DNA of 64,000 nucleotides from Octopus sinensis (GCF_006345805.1 NC_043008.1:60078001-60142000), one strand, 5' to 3'; counted from the first letter of the stretch, positions 26,579 to 40,291 are shown. Translations and numbers: made by a program. Notes: a model not told the origin generated them from the letters alone.

Positions 26579-28401
26579 CTGCAAAAGAAAGAAAAAAAAT
26601 GTAATTACAAAGATTAAATATATAATCGATATGGTTGTTTACGTGTAAAAATCAATACACTATCATAATTTAAAATGAAAACAAACCCCATTAGTGACAT
26701 AATTTAGAAGAGTATTGGAGAGGCAAAATGTTTCGATTACGGAACTATATGTTTTTGAATAATTAGATACATGCTGAGATCAAACATTTCGATGTCATGT
26801 TTACCTTCCTTTTTTCTGGGACCGATGAAATAAACTAAGAGTGGCGAGCGGGGTGTTGATTCAGTCGACTCTGCTTTTCATCATTGGATAAGGATGTATA
26901 AAATTATTCGACATCAATGTAATAGATATTGTTGTCTGCCTTACGTAAAAACCATGAAACAACTAAACTAGTTCTAACATAAGCACGAGTCATAAAATCT
27001 GGAGGGAAGCTTTGAGTCAATTAGTTCGTCTGTAATACTCAACTGGTAATACAGACTCGACGTCAGCAAGATTTGAACTTTGAATGTTTAGCTTTATAAG
27101 ATGCATAAGCATATACAGCAAGGTTTTCTAAATTCTGAAATTCCACCGCTCTTGAAATACACTTAAATTAGCAAATGTTTATCGCCGTGTTTTTCTTGGT
27201 TCTTTTGACATAGTTGGTGAAATAAATCCAACACAAATTCCAGAGCTACGGCAAACACAAATATTATTTAGTGGTTGGTATGTGATATACGATAGTAGAT
27301 GGTAATAAGTTGGATAACAGAATGTACTTAGGTTTTGAACTGTAAATCACTGAATGCAGGTTAATAAGAGAAATTTAGATGCAATTTTTGTTTATTCATA
27401 CGTAAGATAATGTAGTTAGTACTCAACATAATATTCAGTAATGTGTCAAATTATGAAAACAAACTCCTTTGACACATCTTAGCTTTTCAAGTTAGGTTCT
27501 TTTGAAGTCCGGGAAATGATGACATGCACGTAACTGTATCTTTATATGTCAAAGTAATTCAATTCAGTTATATATATATTTTCTGATTAGTGAATATGTT
27601 AAACCGATATCTGTAGAAATAACAGGTAATTTATTTATTGCTGAAATCTTGTATTCATGTAATAACACGCTGTTATGATAAATATCAGAGGTCGACGAAA
27701 CTAAGGCAAAGCTCCGGTTAGAAATCTGGTACAGTGTGCTTACATCTGATAAATAAAGAGTAATTACTAAATCTTAGGAATGAAGAACATTGTTCTAAGC
27801 CTTAATCAAGCAAACCTGAGAGAAATGCTTTCGACCTGCGACTATTACACCATTTCATTTTCAGAACCAAGCTGCATCTTTGCTATTGTATATTGCAAGC
27901 GATCATAATTTCATTTGCAGTTATTCCCGCATCGCACTTCGGACATTCTTTGTAGGTCTACTCAGTCACAAAAGCATCTTCTATGAATTCTTTCTAGGTT
28001 TACAAAATTGGTAGTAACACTTTCTAAGTGAGCCGCAAGATCAGATTAACACAATATGATTTGTGCTCGCAGGACGCAGTTGATGACCAAAAGCGTAGGT
28101 TCAAAGCAAATATCCGCCGTCTGTTGCTATGTGTCAGTAGCTTCTCTTAGACATTGTGTCAGAAGACCATTTCTCAAGCAAGATCTCCTACCACAGATAT
28201 AGTGCATCATACTAAGTACTGGAATAACTAATGTATCTTTCCTCTTTCTAAAGCTGGCAGCTTATAACTTGAGCGTGATTTTGTGGGTATATTTAAACAA
28301 ATATTACAGAACACGAACGTACACTAAACAATTTAAATTGATCAAAGCATTTAGTTGAGAGTTTTACTCTGTTATTTTTCTGTCAATTTTAGATCCCATC
28401 T

Positions 28402-28601
28402 AAGGCGGCGAACTGGCAGAATCGTAAGCACGCAGGACGAAATGCTTAGCCGTTATGTTCTGAGTTCAAATTCCGCTGAAGTCGACTTTGCCTTTCATCC
28501 TTTCGGGGTCGATAAATTAAGTACCAGTTGCGTACTGGAGTTTATCTAATCAACTAGCCCCCACCCTCAAACTCTCAGGCCATGTGCCTAGAGTAGAAAA
28601 G
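28402..28601 (+). mobile_element. SINE family C monomer (alternative tail)
   Basis: Family C head and centre; tail ...GGCCATGTGCCTAGAGTAGAAAAG. Confidence 0.8.
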
Positions 28602-30234
28602 AATTTTAGAGCATATCTTTTACATTTCAGTGAATTGAATTCTTACTAGCGATTTTAGTAAAGTCCAGGAGGAAATTTAAATTCAAAATTGGAATCTATT
28701 GAATCCATAGTATTGTTTGTTCCAATGTGTTGCACATATCCTGTAGTTCTTTTGTTTTTGATAATAAACATAAGATCAATCCTAATCAAACAGATTGGCT
28801 AAGTAGTGAACATCTGTCTTTTTACAGACACGGTGTATCAAGAAATGCATTCCCAGTGTGGATTTCACTTTTGGAAGGAGACGCAGCGGCTTTCTCTAGC
28901 TGGTCAGATGAGAATGGTGTACATACGTTGCTAGTATGTACTTTTACTATTGTTTATCTCACTAATAAAGCACCATAAATAATACCAGTTCAAATTACTT
29001 CCCTTATTATCTCGTGACCAACCGTCATTTTGTTTATTGGTCATAGCCTACCGAGGACTACATTATCCAATGCATCCTTTATTTTTTTTAATGTCATTTC
29101 TAAAAAACCAACTCCATACAGAGACCGTTCTCGGCTCAAAAAGAATACATTTTTACAGCTGGCTGGAATTAATCAGAGATTTCAGTTTTTGACTATAGAC
29201 ACCGCACAGTACGTGGGAGAGATGCGAACATTCTTTTGTCAATTCGCCAGTTTTGAACCTCTATATCAATGTTTATCTTTCAGTGTATCTATGTGTATTT
29301 ATTACAGCCAGCATCTAATCAATATATTTAGATCAAATGCACTGAATAATTGAAGACAAACCTCAAGACAAGTGTAGCGTCTTTGTAGCAAAAACAGCTG
29401 CACTTTTATAGAAATGATGTTTGAAAAAGAATAAAAACGAAGAATGAATTAAAGAAAAACAGTAAAAGAAAATTGTATGTAACAAATACAAAACTACAAC
29501 TATAGATTGAACTCGTGTTCGTAATATTTGCAATTTATAAATTTAGTAGAGGGTCATATCTTCTAGTGTTTGATCAAACTGATATTTTCTTGGTGTGTAT
29601 CATGAGTTCAGGCAAAAGAAACAAAGGAACAAAGAATCCAGAGAAAATGATAAATCAAATCTAATTTCCTTGAAAGTTTCCACAGAGATAAACCAAAAGG
29701 AAAGAAACAAAATCACAAGAAAAAGAAATCAAAAAAAGAAAAAAAATCTGTAATAAGGTGTAATAAGGTGATTAAGGTGGGGGTTGGGAGTTCGAGGTGA
29801 TGAGATCCATGGCAACCATAAACTTTTTATTATAAAACTGGAATGGTACGACCATAGATTACAATGAATTTGCACAGTTTTCTCTCATAGAATTGATTCT
29901 GGAAATACATGAACTCTTATTTTTTTTTGTTTGGCTTTCTATATAAATGTGGCGGATTGAACGTGTGCGCTTGCATGTGTCTGAATATAGGCATACGTAG
30001 ACACACATACACATACATTACATTTGGTTGCAAATGAGGTTTACTTAAGTGGCTCAAGGGCCGAGAGTTTCGTTCGTTTCAATTACCAATGCTCTCACAC
30101 AAATGAATGTAAATATGTATGTACAAATACATTCATACTTATATATACATAAAAAAATATATTATACGAATGTCAGCATATGTATATATTTATATATGTT
30201 TATACTATTATGTATGAACATGTTGTTTCGATAC

Positions 30235-30790
30235 TTATACATACATGCATATATATATATATACACATATATATGTAATATACATATATATATATACATA
30301 CATATATACATATATGTAATATACATATATATATATACATATATATATATATGTAATATACATATATATATGTAATATATGTAATATATATATATATATG
30401 CAATATATGTAATATATATATATATATATACATATATATATGTAATATACATATATATATATATACACATATATATATGTAATATACACATATATATGTG
30501 TATATATATATATGTATATTACATATATATATATGTATATATATATATGTATATATGTATATATGTATATATATATATACATATATATATGTATATATAT
30601 ATATGCATGTATATGTAATATACATATATATATATATACATATATACATATACATATATATATGTAATATATATAATATATATATATATAATATATATAT
30701 ATATGCGTGTGTGTATATATACACGCATGTATTACATTGATACATACATACATATGTAATACATACACGTATGTACACACACACATATAA
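30235..30790. repeat. Long compound (TA)-rich tract with recurring ATGTAATATAC units
   Basis: Direct reading. Confidence 0.9.
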
Positions 30791-31109
30791 ATATAATAAG
30801 CTGAGATTATTCCTTCACCGTAACTATTAATTTCAAAGTTCCTATGCTCACGCAAAGAGGGAAATTTACTGAAAGAGTATTTTTAGATGGGCATTTATCA
30901 GGTTTTTCAGAACAAATGCATGCAAGTGATTGGCGGTGAAAATATGGCAGTTGAGATGAATGTATGATGACATAAAATGCATTGCGTGTACATAAAAGAT
31001 GAAACTAAGCATAGCAAAGACACCAGAGGGCGTAATTCTATATTACTTCAAGCTTACTTAATATCATGCGAATACTGCTGGTCAAAAGACATAGGAAGCT
31101 CTTTATATG

Positions 31110-31380
<271 letters not shown>

Positions 31381-31610
31381 ATATAGTTATATTTCTAACT
31401 ATTGTACCAGTGAGTTCTCGTGGATTATGCTTCTCTGATGATGTCCTGTATACCGAAACATGTGTGACCGTAGTAGTCTACGCTTACAAATGTCAGTTTT
31501 CCATTAAAAGCAGGAAACTTATTTGGGGAATTCTTAATTTATTGAAGTATGTCCCCTTTTCTAAGTGAGTTGCCACGATTTTGATTACCTTTCCTTATAT
31601 AAGAGGTGGT

Positions 31611-31830
31611 GTAGGCACATGTCCTTGTGGTTAGGGCAGTGGACTCGCGGGTTCGAATCTCAGACCGGGTGATGTATGTGTTTATGACCGAAACACCTAA
31701 GCTCCACGCTGCTCCGGCAGAAGGTAATGGCGAACTTCTGCTGACTCTTTCGCCACAGCTTTCTCTCACTCTTTCCTCCTGCATCTTGTAGCACACCTTA
31801 ACCACTGCGCCATATGCCCGTGGGCATATG
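31611..31830 (+). mobile_element. tRNA-derived SINE, head A, with deletions
   Basis: GGTTAGGGCAGTGGACTCGCG...GTTCGAATCTCAGACCGGG...GAAACACCTAAGCTCCACG homologous to the other head-A copies. Confidence 0.8.
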
Positions 31831-32499
31831 AAGTAGTGGTTAAAAACAAGATGAGCACAAATATCCGCCAATTGTAAATAATGTAAATAATCACCAGTAT
31901 GTATATTAGGTGTTTGTGAGTATGGAAGTATGTTTTCGAAACAACTGAAACTACAGCCTTCGTAATATGATTTGAGGAACCGGAATTAGTATTGTCTTGG
32001 ATCGTTTTATAGTAACATAAGCAGATCAAATGTATATAAGTGCTTGAATTCTTGACGCCGATGCTTAGCGTTAAGCGGTTGCAAGATAAAAATTTACATA
32101 AACACGAAGACTATCCTATCGCAGAGTTGCTTAGAAATTGATGGTACCGGCACATAACGCCGTGAAATATTATATACTTCATTAATATTACAGCCTTGCC
32201 AAGAAAAACAGGTTTCCAGCAGATTTCGGTATACAACCTCGACTACAAATTTCAAGTAATTTTCCAGTTTGTTGCAGAATCAATCCTTTAGAAAAAGATA
32301 CCAAACATTAAAAACAAATTTCTTCTGAATGTCTATTCTAATTTTGATTAAGGAAACCTTGCCAGTTTGGCGTTGGATTGTGAATTCTAATGAAATTCTT
32401 CTTCAGGTAATTTTTTTCGCTGCTTACGTATAATGGTATTTTAATAGTGCAGAATTACCTATATGTAACTATATTGTGACTTATACCTATTAATGGTTT

Positions 32500-33128
32500 C
32501 ATATTGTAACACAAGGCCAGTAATGTCAGGGAATGGGGATGGAGTATGCCGATTACATCGACTCGACTGCTCCAAATGGACGAAAGGCAAAGTTGACTTT
32601 GGCGGATTTGAACTCAGAACGTAAAGACGGACAAAATATCGCTAAGCATTTTGTCCGGAGTGTTAATAATTCTGTCAGCTCGCCACCTTCCTTGATTTCA
32701 AATTTTGGCACAAGGTCAGCAAATTCAGAGAAGGGGAGCAGTTAATCACATCGATCCCAGCGCTCAGCTGGTTCTTACTTATCGATCCCGAAAGGATGCA
32801 AGGCAAAGTTGACACAGGCGGCATTTGAACTCTGACAGTAAAGACGAACGAAATGCCGCTTGGAATCTTCCCTGGCGTTCTAAAGATTCTGCTAGCTTTT
32901 CTCCTTACTTATATTTAATATTAAAGAGGATATATAAGGCGGCGTGCTGGCAGAATCGTTAGCATGCAGCGGGAAATGCACGGAATTTCGTCCGTCTTTA
33001 CGTTCTGAGTTCAAATTCTTCGATATCGACTTTGTCTCTTATCCTTTCTGGGTCGATAAATTAAGTACCAGTTGATCACTTAACCTCCTCCCGCGAAATT
33101 TCTGGTATTGTGCCAAAATTCGAAACCA
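32500..33128. mobile_element. Cluster of older family C SINEs (two on minus, one on plus)
   Basis: Diverged AAGGCAAAGTTGAC...TTTGAACTC motifs at 32500-32905; plus-strand copy from ~32936. Confidence 0.75.
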
Positions 33129-33902
33129 ATATCACGCTATATATACATACATACATATATATATATATATAAACACTTATACATATGGCTATATATATAT
33201 AATTACTCACACACACATACGTATGAGTGTGTGTGTGTGTATAAGCGTTGGTCTATCGGGGTCTGCAGGTGGTGTTTAACCCCAATGGCAGTAAAACAAA
33301 CTATAGAACAATAAAATATATACAACTTGATGTATATACACCTATGTCCATATCTTTATATGTGGTGTGTTCATACATGTATTAGTCTAAGCTCGTCTCA
33401 ACGAAAGAGGGAGGACGGAGAAAAATATATAGGGGTTCTGAAAGAGAATAGAGTAAAAGAAAGAGTAGAGTGTATACGTCTTGGGAAGGATATGTAGTTA
33501 GATAGATAGGTGGTGTTTATGGAGGTCAGGTTAGTGATAATAAAAATCTTTAGTGCTATATATATTTGAGAATAAGAGAAATTGAATTTCAATAAATCAT
33601 TTCTAAAGTGGATTTTTTTTCAGTCTTTAAGCCTGTTTGTTAGACATTTTCTTTATCTCTCTCCCTCTCTCTCTCTCTCTCCAGCTGTCTCTATGTCTTT
33701 GTCTCTTGATGATTTTATCTGTCTCTTCCTCCCTTCCCGTTCCAAATACTTTCTTTTGTAAGTATGTATGTATGTATGTATATATCGATCTATTTTGATC
33801 TATATTCTTGTGTGTGTGAAATTATATTTTTACATGTTTTTAGTGTACATTTTTGTAAACTCGCACGCACACACATATAATATAATATATATATATATAT
33901 AC

Positions 33903-33947
<45 letters not shown>

Positions 33948-34151
33948 ATATATATATATCCATATCTCTATCTATCTATCTATCTATCTATATATATATA
34001 TATATATAATATATATATACATATATATATATATAATATGTATACATGTATATATACACATACACATATATATATGCAAATAAACATACATATATATGCA
34101 AATATACCTATATATATGTATGTATATATATATATATGTGTATGTATATAT

Positions 34152-34206
<55 letters not shown>

Positions 34207-34237
34207 CATATATATATATATATAAATCTCTCTCTCT

Positions 34238-34268
<31 letters not shown>

Positions 34269-34641
34269 CACATATATGCAAATATAAAACTGACTGTATT
34301 TGTTTTCAGTCAATTCGTTTCTGAATAAATAGATATGAGCACAGAATAGACTCAACGTTTACTCAATGGAGTTGCTCTATTTCATGGAAACGTGTCATTG
34401 TGTACAGTAGAATGACAGACAGGGAGATGGATTGCTCGGATGCAATGTTTACTATGTTTTATCAATTCCTATCACTGCAAGAAAACGTTGTCAGGAAACG
34501 GTGTGTTATAAAGAAAAGGTAGAGATGGAAACCCGTAGAAGGTTGTCATATAAAAAAGTAGTGGACTCGTGTTTGCAACTTGAACGGATATTTTAATATT
34601 GTTAATAATATTGCTTTTTACCATCGATATTTTCAGTTGTT

Positions 34642-35348
34642 AAGGCGGTGAGCTGGCAGAAACGGTAGCACGCCGGGCGAAATGCTTAGCGATGTTTCGT
34701 CCGTCTATTTTCTGAGTTCAAATTCCGCCGACCTCGACTTTACCTTTCGGGCTCGATAAATTAAGTACCAGTTGCGTACTAGGGTCGATGTAATCGACTG
34801 GTCCCCTCCCCCAAAATTTCGGATCTTGTGTCTAGAATAGAAAAGGATTTTCTTTTTAAAAAAAACAGGCGGGGAGCTGGCAGAACCGTCAGCATGCCGG
34901 TCGAAATGCATAGCCGTATTTTGTCTGGCGTTACCTTCTGAGTTCAAATTCCGCCGACGTCGACTTTGACTTTCATTCTTTCGGGGTAGATAAATTAAGT
35001 ACCAGTTACTCACTGGGGTCGATGTAATCGATTTAATTCGTTTGTCTGTCCTTATTTGTCCTCTCTGTGTTTAGCTCCTTGTGGGTAATAAATAAACATA
35101 TATTTTCAGTTGTTAAGGCGGCGAGCTGGCAGAATCGTTAGCACGCCGGGCGAAATGCGTAGCCGTATTTCGTCTGTCGTTACGTTCCGAGTTCAAATTC
35201 CGTCGAGGTCGACTTTGCCTTTCCTTCTTTCGGGGTCGATAAATTAAGTACTAGTTACGCACTAGGGTCGATGTAATCGACTTAATCCGTATGTCTGTTC
35301 TTGTTTGTCTCATCTGTGTTTAGCCCCTTATGGGTAGTAAAGAAATAG
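34642..35348 (+). mobile_element. Three head-to-tail full-head SINE family C copies
   Basis: Heads at ~34642, ~34867 and ~35115; the target sequence ATATTTTCAGTTGTT is present three times. Confidence 0.88.
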
Positions 35349-36118
35349 ATATTTTTCAGTTGTTCCATGAAAGTGAAGGAAGACACATGACATATTGAAC
35401 GATGAATCAACGTGTAGTCTAGATCCAGCGACCAGAATTTACTGTATTACATGGCAATACGTTTGGGTAAATTTTTTAGGGTGTTTATACATTAGTTCGT
35501 ATAGATGATCGCGTATAACGTAAATGCTGTTTAAAACAATTTACTTGATGAACAAAGCTGGGATACAATTCTCTCTACATCTCTCTCTCTATAAACACAC
35601 ACACGCACACGCGCACAGACATCCAAACTGAGGGAATGGATCAGATGAAATCCAGGCTACGTATGTTTCCCAGCCAGGAAACAAGCTGTCACTGAGTACG
35701 TCTTATAAACTACCGTTTTTTCCACTGTTTTCTTTAAGACTTCTTCGATGCGAAAGACCCTCACTTCGTTCCCCTCCCTTTTCAGCATTCCTTATTTCTT
35801 CGTACTTTTCTTCCGTCGTTGCAGCATAACTTCTATTTTGCATAGCCTAGTCTATTTCCTTCAGGCACTCTACCATTTCTTCCTCAGAAGGCACTTACAC
35901 TGAGGGAGGGCAGCTTTCCATCTTTGACACAGAACAACTTAAACTTTCGCAACCCCTCACTCGAAACCCCTCCATTACTGAAGAGGAAAAATGTCGCAGA
36001 ACCCCCACCCCTCCAAAAAAACACGTCTATCTCACACAAATCCAACGAAACAAATGAATCACAGTAAACCGGAAGCAAGCTTCTTTCTACATACGTACTC
36101 CTGCACCTGTATATATAA

Positions 36119-36462
36119 TTTGTTTCAGCCAATTTACTGGACCATGCTGGATCACCGTCTTCAACGGCTGTCGAAAACATTGGCACCAGGACTTATTTCT
36201 TAAGCCTACTACTTATTCTATCGGTCTGTTTTTGTTTTGCCGAACCGCTAAGTTACAGAGACGTAAACACACCATTACTGGTTGTCAAGCGATGATGGGG
36301 GACAAACACAAACACAAAAACACACACATATCGATATACATGCATGTACACATAAACATTTATGACAGGCTTCTTTCAGTTTCCGACTACCAAACCCCGC
36401 AGTGGGACTGAACTCGGAACTATGTGGTTGGGAAGGAAGTTTTTTTACCACACTGTCACGCC
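36119..36462 (-). mobile_element. SINE family D, older and internally deleted
   Basis: Homology to family D head and tail. Confidence 0.8.
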
Positions 36463-36505
36463 TGATACACACACACGCATATATATATATATATATATAT
36501 GGTTT

Positions 36506-36604
36506 CTTTTACTGATGAAGTGTGACCTATGGTAGACTAGCTTAATTTAATTTAATTAAGCTGGTCTATCATTAAAGACACTGAAACGATGCATCGTATA
36601 AAAG
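36506..36604 (+). ncRNA. Type I hammerhead ribozyme (copy 1)
   Basis: Stem I CTTTTA/TAAAAG; core CTGATGA (36512-36518); stem II AGTGT/ACACT enclosing a 19-bp hairpin; GAAAC (36583-36587); palindromic stem III ACGATGCATCGT; cleavage triplet GTA (36596-36598). Confidence 0.85.
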
Positions 36605-36975
36605 GTGAATTAGGGTAAATGTTTTTAAATTTTCACCTTATTTCCGAATTACACTACTTGGCGGTTGGAGTTCTGCTGCTCTTTCTGGTGGAACGAATGG
36701 CCTGTTTAGGCCATTCCTAATTGTTATATTTATACATATTAGTCTTTGACTATTTTCTCTTTTCCACTAGGCCGCTGGTAGCGATAATTTTTTACTGAAT
36801 TTTTCTACCCTAAATTGATTAATTGATAATTTTCTGACTAATTCTGAGATTAATCGGCAGTTTATATTTGCTGCCGATAAGTTTGGCGCGAATGCGTTGG
36901 TCTTGAAAATTTTAAGACAGATATTCCCGAGGCATTGATACAGTCGCCTCGTGTATATCCGTCTCTCCCAGGTTT

Positions 36976-37074
36976 CTTTTACTGATGAAGTGTGACCTAT
37001 GGTAGACTAGCTTAATTTAATTTAATTAAGCTGGTCTATCATTAAAGACACTGAAACGATGCATCGTATAAAAG
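36976..37074 (+). ncRNA. Type I hammerhead ribozyme (copy 2)
   Basis: Same core and stems as copy 1, offset by exactly 470 bp; GTA at 37066-37068. Confidence 0.85.
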
Positions 37075-37195
37075 ATGAATTAGGGTAAATGTTTTTAAAT
37101 TTTCACCTTATTTCCGAATTACACTACTTGGCGGTTGGAGTTCTGGCTGCTCTTTCTGGTGGACGAATGGCCTGTTTAGGCCATTCCTAAATTGT

Positions 37196-37245
<50 letters not shown>

Positions 37246-37286
37246 AAGAGTGAGAGAAAATTGACAATCATTGTCACTTAGTTATG

Positions 37287-37560
37287 GTTGTTTGTTCCTT
37301 CTCAAGCCATGCCTGAGTCATACGGCTGGCTTCCCGGTTTCCTTGGCGCTGGTCCGTCGCAGATGAGCTGCAAGATGCGGGCGGAAAGAGTGAAAGTTGT
37401 GGCAAAAGAGTCAGCAGACGTTCGCCATTACCTTCTGCCGGAGCCGCGTGGAGCTTAAATGTTTCGCTCATAAACACATACATCGCCCGGTCTGAGATTC
37501 GAACCCGCGACCCTTCGACCGCGAGTCCGATGCTATAACGATTAGGCCATGTGCCTCCAC
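37287..37560 (-). mobile_element. tRNA-derived SINE, head A + tail 2 variant
   Basis: Homologous to 13160-13470; TSD ACTTAGTTATG (37276-37286, 37561-37571). Confidence 0.85.
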
Positions 37561-38479
37561 ACTTAGTTATGATAGTCATATAATATTTAGAAAGAGTTGT
37601 TAATGCTTAATCTTCTGAACGGATAGAACTTTTAACTTTTCAGAACTTTATAGAGAAAGCGCCAGAAGATATAAATTCGTTTAAGTGAGTTATCAGAGCA
37701 ATATCTCGATGTAATTTTACCTTTAAAAGACTTTTAGTCATTCCATCTTTGATAAAATATGGATAATAAAATGATTCATATAATTTTAATCAAAGAACCA
37801 AGATAAATTTTATTCAATGTAGAGATATCAATTATACATTGCTCTTGATATTTTTCTGGAAAGTGAGTTAGTATTGAAGAGTTGCGGGGATTCTGTTTAA
37901 ATGCTTTGATGACAGAGAGTCGATCATGGGCCGATTGATATTTAAATATTTTTATCTTTAATTCTGGATCTATCATTATTAATACCTGTATTGGCCGTTG
38001 ATAGTATTTTAGTCTTCCCGTATCACAGAGTACAATCTATAAACTGTAAAAAGTAACAATACTAAAATACAAACTTCATAGGCTTCAGAAACAAAATGTC
38101 TGTTGTCATTAATAGATTTGCAGTATGAATTGTCTACTTTCCTAGATGTATATAAAATTATATAAAACATGAAAGTGTTAATTCCATTTAAAAATTCATA
38201 CGCAACATTGCTCTGAAACACCTTTGAAAAAGGAACATCTTTGCGAAAGGAAGCATAAACTACCGGATTAAATGTTTTTATCTATATGCACCTAAGTGAG
38301 CAGTCAAGAATCACGTGTGTATTATTCTTAAGCAGAATTCATTTAATTTCCATAATTTTTAATGCGTGACGAAATATTATTGAAGGTGTTTACTGCCTAT
38401 TTCATTGTAAAGAATAATTTGTTCCGAATCTGGGTAAGATAAATAGATAAATAGATAGATAGACAAACGTATTTCAGAT

Positions 38480-39000
38480 ATATCAATATGACGTAGAGGT
38501 CAATAAGTTTAGTGGAATAATTTCTAACGTTTCGGTGTAGGGACTTTGGAGAGATTACTCTAGAGAATGGTTGGCGAAAATGACAAAAGAACACAGTAAT
38601 AGATAAGTTAGATATTAGAAAGTGGAAATAGATAAGTAATTAAATGCAGGGCACGATAAATGTTGGTAGTAAGGCGTGAGTGTGGGGGTTAGTGACATTT
38701 GGTTATATTGGAAATTAGTAAGAGGCAAGTGCATTACCCAGCAGGGTATCATGTGTGGGCTAACCAACGGCGGGTACACAGACTTGAAGCTACAGAGAAA
38801 GAAAATGCACGGTACTCCAGATATATGGAGGGTGTGTGGCATAATTAAAGAAGTTAAGAGACCATTTCCAGGCTCGTAGGAGTCGAGGGTTCTAGTTAGA
38901 AAATGAGTCCCTGATCACGAGGTTGGTGGGCCTTCTTTGAAACGTGGTGTTAGAAACTCCAAAGATTGATAGATGAAATGTGTGGCGGTCCAGATCAGTT
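38480..39000 (-). mobile_element. Decayed LINE (CR1/L2-like) ORF2 C-terminal fragment
   Basis: Higher-GC island with frameshifted remnants reminiscent of the CR1-type LGLxF...EYCxxxW...LQPLxxRR.VAxLSxFY region. Recognised by eye only. Confidence 0.4.
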
Positions 39001-39230
39001 AACTACATGTTCCAGAATGCGACCAACATTATTTCAGCCATGCATGAGGTGTTCACGAATGTAATCACCCGGGATCGAACAAATTTAAGAGAACATATCC
39101 AGCTGTGATTGCACAGAGCTGAATGAGAGCAAAACGTGAATTTCATTAGTCAAATTGATCATATATTTTCTACAGTTTGATTTTGTGAATTTGCAACCGT
39201 TTATTGTGGGAGGAGATGTAACGGTATATA

Positions 39231-39456
39231 TACTCTTTTACTTGTTTCCGTCATTTGACTGCGGCCATGCTGGAGCACCGCCTTTAATCGAGCAACTCGA
39301 CCCCGGGACTTATTCTTTTGTAAGCCCAGTACTTATTCTATCGGTCTCTTTTGCCGAACCGCTAGGTAACGGGGACATAACACACCAGCATCGGTTGTCA
39401 AGCAATGCTAGGGGGACAAACACAGACACACAAACACAGACACGCATATATATATA

Positions 39457-39497
<41 letters not shown>

Positions 39498-39662
39498 TAC
39501 AACGGGCTTCTTTCAGTTTCCGTCTACCAAATCCACTCACAAGGCTTTGGTCGGCCTGAGGCTATAGTAGAAGACACTTGCCCAAGGTGCCACGCAGTGG
39601 GACTGAACCCGGAACCATATGGTTGGTAGACAAGGTACTTACCACACAGCCACTCCTGCGCC
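39231..39662 (-). mobile_element. SINE family D
   Basis: Reverse complement of the family, full length. Confidence 0.9.
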
Positions 39663-39965
39663 TATATATATTTATAGAATATATTTCTGTGCGCATATGT
39701 ACCCTTACCTAAATATAAAGCAAATAAACATAAGGCATAATTCAAAAATGACTTAGACAAAACGATTAGCTATTTAGACCGATTGGCGAATAACGAGTAT
39801 TTGTAAAGCGTGTTTTTTTTACCACAAGGTCGTCCTCTGAAAACTCTGTATCTAAGGTACAAGTAAATTTGTTCAGCGGATTTAGCAGAAAGTTAGGATA
39901 AAACATAACACCAGATTTATTAATTATGTTTGCTTTACTGTCAATTTGTATCTAGTTATTCGAAA

Positions 39966-40291
39966 GTGAGGGCGCGTGGCTTAGTGGTTAGGGCATTCGG
40001 CTCATGATCGTAAGGTTGTGAGTTCGATTCCCGGCGACGCGTTGTGTCCTTGAGCAAGACACTTTATTTCACGTTGCTCCAGTCCACTCAGCTGGCAAAA
40101 ATGAGTTGTATTTGTATTTCAAAGGGTCAGCCTTGTCACTCTCTGTGTCACGCTGATTATCCCCGAGAACTACGTTAAGTGTACACGTGTCTGTGGAATG
40201 CTCAGCCATTTGCACGTTAATTTCACGAGCAAGCTGTTCCGTTGATCGTATCAGCTGGGACCCTCGTCGTCGTAACCGGCGGAGTCTTTAA
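39966..40291 (+). mobile_element. tRNA-derived SINE, head B + tail 1
   Basis: A box TGGCTTAGTGG, B box GTTCGATTCC, central GTCCTTGAGCAAGACACTT...CCAGTCCACTCAGCTG. The 3' ~170 bp is shared with 9043-9430. 12-bp TSD AGTTATTCGAAA (39954-39965, 40292-40303). Confidence 0.9.

Larger units (their letters stand above)
36501..37200 (+). mobile_element. Retrozyme-like / Penelope-derived non-autonomous element of about 1.5 units (470-bp period) with two hammerheads, inserted in (TA)n
   Basis: Near-identical ~229-bp direct repeats at 36501-36729 and 36971-37200, each starting with a hammerhead motif. (TA)n lies on both flanks. No ORF in the track; several internal hairpins. Confidence 0.75.

Noticed and set aside
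39966-40040. tRNA-like sequences at SINE heads (also ~9350-9430)
   Set aside because: They continue into SINE bodies bounded by TSDs and lack a complete cloverleaf, so they are not tRNA genes.
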